A stretch of 20,000 nucleotides of DNA from Trichomonas gallinae (lineage: Eukaryota), in contig MRSU01005687.1 in NCBI GenBank assembly GCA_008369845.1, positions 46,283-66,282 on the forward strand, in the 5' to 3' direction. The position numbers were made by a program, and so were the translations under genes. Positions 19,901 through 20,000 of the stretch are shown one piece after another. The notes under the pieces were generated by a model that saw nothing but the letters and a program-made list of their open reading frames with translations, was not told the DNA's origin and searched no databases. Within the stretch, counting starts at the first letter, position 1. Each line of letters begins with the position of its first letter.

Positions 19901-20000
19901 GTGATGCTAATTTCGACCAAACAGAACGCAAATACATCAATCTTTCTATCACATCCAATGAAAGTGTTAATATTTTCTCATCAATCAAATCTCTTTCCAA
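10966..20000 (+). CDS. Giant acidic Ser/Glu/Ile-rich repetitive protein (over 3,010 aa, 3' end outside the window) with an N-terminal hydrophobic segment; alternative start at 10939
   Basis: I translated frame +1 line by line and found no stop from TAA 10936-10938 to the window end. It begins MYNFLFLLIPFLGYATLNATLALKRRKRENG. All indels seen between its internal repeat copies are multiples of 3. It is probably missing from the track because its stop lies outside the window. Confidence 0.9.
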   Translation, partial: MYNFLFLLIPFLGYATLNATLALKRRKRENGLSKRQFEEDSEGEFSIQNVDDEYDVSKISINKISYHDQDTILFPSETEVQIVVDQVNIERKTDDSLNSEDIYKEISTHVVPSVFSHALPLINIHFNKLIDQNSKESTEIIHTDAYIDFTKSIIEISDSETKNYPIIFGKSDQEIIENHQKSITKRLCLSDIQNEVTALPENDMNIESNDVFDRNVNHQYSTLTGNPMLGISGRSTYEKFEHLSTPKMNYADYRAIPIIERENLSTPGSNNYHAGSLYIEEDSVEIEEEIEEEYSEIQSELDETNVSNLDSIEPINTQPIQEKSEQSNEELAQDIENEAQITQSNENNQLTKFDIILINEFEQLYDSLQENTNEEQYSNPNIQLCSNTQNISIEPQNIEKQMELDDKQTQKDSNSEQENPEEESFGEISTRNAQFEQKTFEIDRNSVVEYEFESQQENAEEESFDGIIEERNVDFNIIPLQINNQSRHEVHIENEENLTLSSIEYQFINSQISRNFEVSTLDPINIYKENNIAELSLSLPRELNLPIIQEEKQANSTPIVESQNESVEIPQSIVSDSNEFESNYIDWPNQLESNGQFALQNNEIASIPESSLNIELSDLVSVLDIKAMPIPLENSEYLEFDFMHQIKLYQSNLQHEIHLPIGANQLNSLSFTDNENIFGNEAEELKQNPSLSLSSTEEVFNTFINDTATLNPLVFSQNESEKSPKQTSSLSLTNNEYIFSIYQMNQHNPLVISQIEQIFNNESKEIEKQLPTFSHSNNEEIFDNYSQIEQNNNNNKVDVLTTKQLPTLSYTNAEDIFDFNTSDKYSMIQHNPLAFSQIEQIFNIDKEEQIPKKSEFYTIPDIVLSKSETVQFNVDNKDEASTWSISLTEYFGFGATESVLSISNDTIYYDQSLEDEKKSKLESSKVVSSHIPSEEIHLATSNVLEKHQFIPSSALTRSQTTELFFFDSTMLPKYGFELQTFQDEQLDSSIPEFKLSNTQFHSPIFENPYTKNVYMQTYYLYISPDQEDFEENIYQNPETEEEKTVNQEHYQLIISDVSTIDRASVAQPVSLETSELIEGQSLDLDESKELEICDSAAFMISPDENHNEICSIPSSQFDIFYNQNLSIYNDFTSSIDIKSKPITLSKFTYQSISIESDNEAIVSDRSAFVDYDGEGRRDLSNYSSSPLSIAPESKPVLSSQSQPTLTVEPAEHNLEFYTGESELVDSAYPLFFMSNCSHFSLSTITQDLNIAKTPSITIHPSHSELEENVSFTLDIDHASIEEKSEDKIEKLVFTDYESMLEVTPSQTINFEEKSQKLEFNDYESVFEVSPSQTVTDAQTQSQVILPQTEIRSYSPDLSVSYIQEYSQCPEIELTSHNEVLSEINPITQSFSISEPGYRMITNPVTTEFEISQSDPLFVDNKVEQPSSRLHLDLVSSSSDYHFIESKPTLTYMKPSEQFYCIKDYPTLLLSIDELTSVDICEVLKDTSNDDINSDKSKEEHVLAMPEFTISSIIELLSIESHKIEEDLQNDENEVHSSDIRLPSLNLSTIYDILSIDSPTNDITLSFSTAEEFSINDQSSTLSLQQAADQFSVSPHKQLIPLDVSSINSHESIRELSLAMSPKNEIYDGDAGKKQSALSINNNQLFDVESVSSPKNLTTYSSGEGIYIPLQVATLSISGSEHQEITNVSAILNITACESTDIKHDPPTFTFSNAYQFFSSPSLSYKPEISISTDLSSEYESQMSPVQYCISSQDPIISVETKEHKLSSFTSESYKIPSTSPEFSYSQPSYLTISSAAASSPRSPSRSPVKRFTRSSKSEITHVYDDYIQISSSINLESKNDTVFDLESNNAMFEMSQLTHTQYPGIYDDYSPELTTEIIAEYEYSLTPAISYFKYGDVSVSPIITVLEFSTISHYESETTIDSTQHSDDEDAHNKLEFSELKTIFDEQRHQSELAVSESFAESTKNEEVHKESPQLSKSDFVLYSVESAAIDLAFSESTYIFEESKDLQPTLCSLEDCTHEFNAAKIGLDKFNSEHISIVPSEQEIDFDVSSRDANFDQTERKYINLSITSNESVDIFSPIKSLSNFNSESEHKEIKREIISNESVDVELSHAPLEISESILSHDSAAMEHQLSIFKEELVDYPSSSESFELSRIHYSVHHPSPIETNLSEFTSEPISVSPTEVKHDSKHNDLSINDADHLIIEGNTFASTLSIQSLSPVFIKPVAPVLNFYTSDAESVKSTVPLFAQSNFDHFALNTIRQFDFVKHPDLFVDEKPVGIEDRSQKLEFNDYETVFEVAPSQPVTDAQTQSQVILPQTENRIYSPDLSVSYIQEHSQCPEIELTSHNEVLSEINPVIQSFSISEPSYRMITNPLFVESNVEQPSLRPHLDLVSSSDYHYIDSKPTLTYIKPSEQFYCIKDYPTLLLSIDELTSVDILEVSNDVSNDNNGQDKDSDKEEHVLTMPELTISSIIELLSIESDKVEEDRQNYENEVHSSERDLHLPSLYLSTIYDILSIDSSTKDITLSFSTAEEFSINDRNQSNLLSISSMTEFSPSYSASLSLQHDADQFSVSPQKQLINLDVSSIYSHESIREPAMSLVHNYYITDLDVHKKHLTLKLSDANSPELTQESQVNLNTFNSDSLFITMHQLELSLSELEHQELYNDITESLHIIPCESQDIKSEAPSFELSKVEFHFAQQFETTSTDDVNAEEEDIRRSYSPMIDVSNDITFEIDRTNSSFEHFTSEVDDVQSYTPSLSPSNISLMSVHESGADLEFSQLDYCRVVAERISTEDIHYNIVENEIISLESKIILEYNPSLDFIVNSSYEVIPNAITYTLSHNEDLSIEHDENQFEMSNSVHFVPQPSDKNQQSFDSSKQTFELTNVSAVLQLSESEIIIDEQQNQSAESTKNEEVYKESAAIDLSFSESTYICEESKDLQPTLCSLEDCTHEINAVNIGLDKFNSELISIVPSEQETDFDVSSRDANFDQTERKYINLSITSNESVNIFSSIKSLS
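12961..13500 (+). repeat. Degenerate ~20-aa peptide repeats in the giant ORF (L-x-x-S/T-x-x-E-x-I/V-F)
   Basis: LSFTDNENIF, LSLSSTEEVF, LSLTNNEYIF, QHNPLVISQIEQIFN, KQLPTFSHSNNEEIFD, KQLPTLSYTNAEDIFD, QHNPLAFSQIEQIFN. Confidence 0.8.
14833..14964 (+). repeat. Local 78-nt (26-aa period) tandem repeat in the giant ORF
   Basis: KLVFTDYESMLEVTPSQT (14833) and KLEFNDYESVFEVSPSQT (14911). Only one unit is present at the equivalent site of the second large repeat (17815). Confidence 0.8.
14896..15807 (+). repeat. Intragenic duplication block A, copy 1 (copy 2 at 17800-18738)
   Basis: Direct alignment from SQKLEFNDYE to SHESIRE. The offset is 2904 at the start and 2931 at the end. Long identical nucleotide runs, in-frame indels only. 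Confidence 0.95.
16843..17219 (+). repeat. Intragenic duplication block B, copy 1 (copy 2 at 19669 to beyond 20000)
   Basis: AESTKNEEV...IKSLS. Hand count gives 14 substitutions over 16927-17219 versus 19708-20000 (~95% identity). Confidence 0.95.
17800..18738 (+). repeat. Intragenic duplication block A, copy 2
   Basis: Matches 14896-15807, e.g. gtcactgatgctcaaacacaatctcaagttattctacctcaaacagaaa is present in both copies. Confidence 0.95.
19669..20000 (+). repeat. Intragenic duplication block B, copy 2 (runs off the window end)
   Basis: Matches 16843-17219 apart from a 45-nt in-frame gap. Confidence 0.95.

Noticed and set aside
13806..20000. Short track ORFs here (e.g. 15977-16501 His/Gln-rich, 16869-17264 and 19695-20000 minus, 15428-15652 and 18284-18529)
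   Set aside because: They are alternate-frame or antisense shadows of the giant frame +1 ORF. Their pairwise similarity only reflects its internal duplication.
1..20000. tRNA, rRNA, transposase, integrase or viral (Maverick-type) genes; alternative genetic code
   Set aside because: None recognised. The long ORFs read cleanly in the standard code and end in TAA or TAG.

Overview
AT-rich eukaryotic DNA with long uninterrupted ORFs. I infer a trichomonad parabasalid (Trichomonas-like) from TCAYW initiators a few nt before an ATG, stop codons embedded in TAAA, and a divergent Rab. There are four protein genes: (1) a hypothetical protein (~1112-3235, +) with an unresolved start; (2) a shortened but clear CCR4-NOT scaffold NOT1/CNOT1 (4049-9070, +); (3) a Rab GTPase (9774-10349, -); and (4) a giant ORF missing from the supplied track (10939/10966 to beyond 20000, +, over 3,000 codons). 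The giant ORF encodes an acidic Ser/Glu/Ile-rich protein with an N-terminal hydrophobic segment followed by KRRKR, and a mosaic ~3-kb internal duplication. Rab and the giant gene are head-to-head across a ~600-bp spacer that has mirror-image ends and a 20-21-bp-phased array of a TGACRYGTAAAT 12-mer. The giant gene and this spacer are the most unusual parts of the window. All alignments and counts were done by eye; no searches were run.
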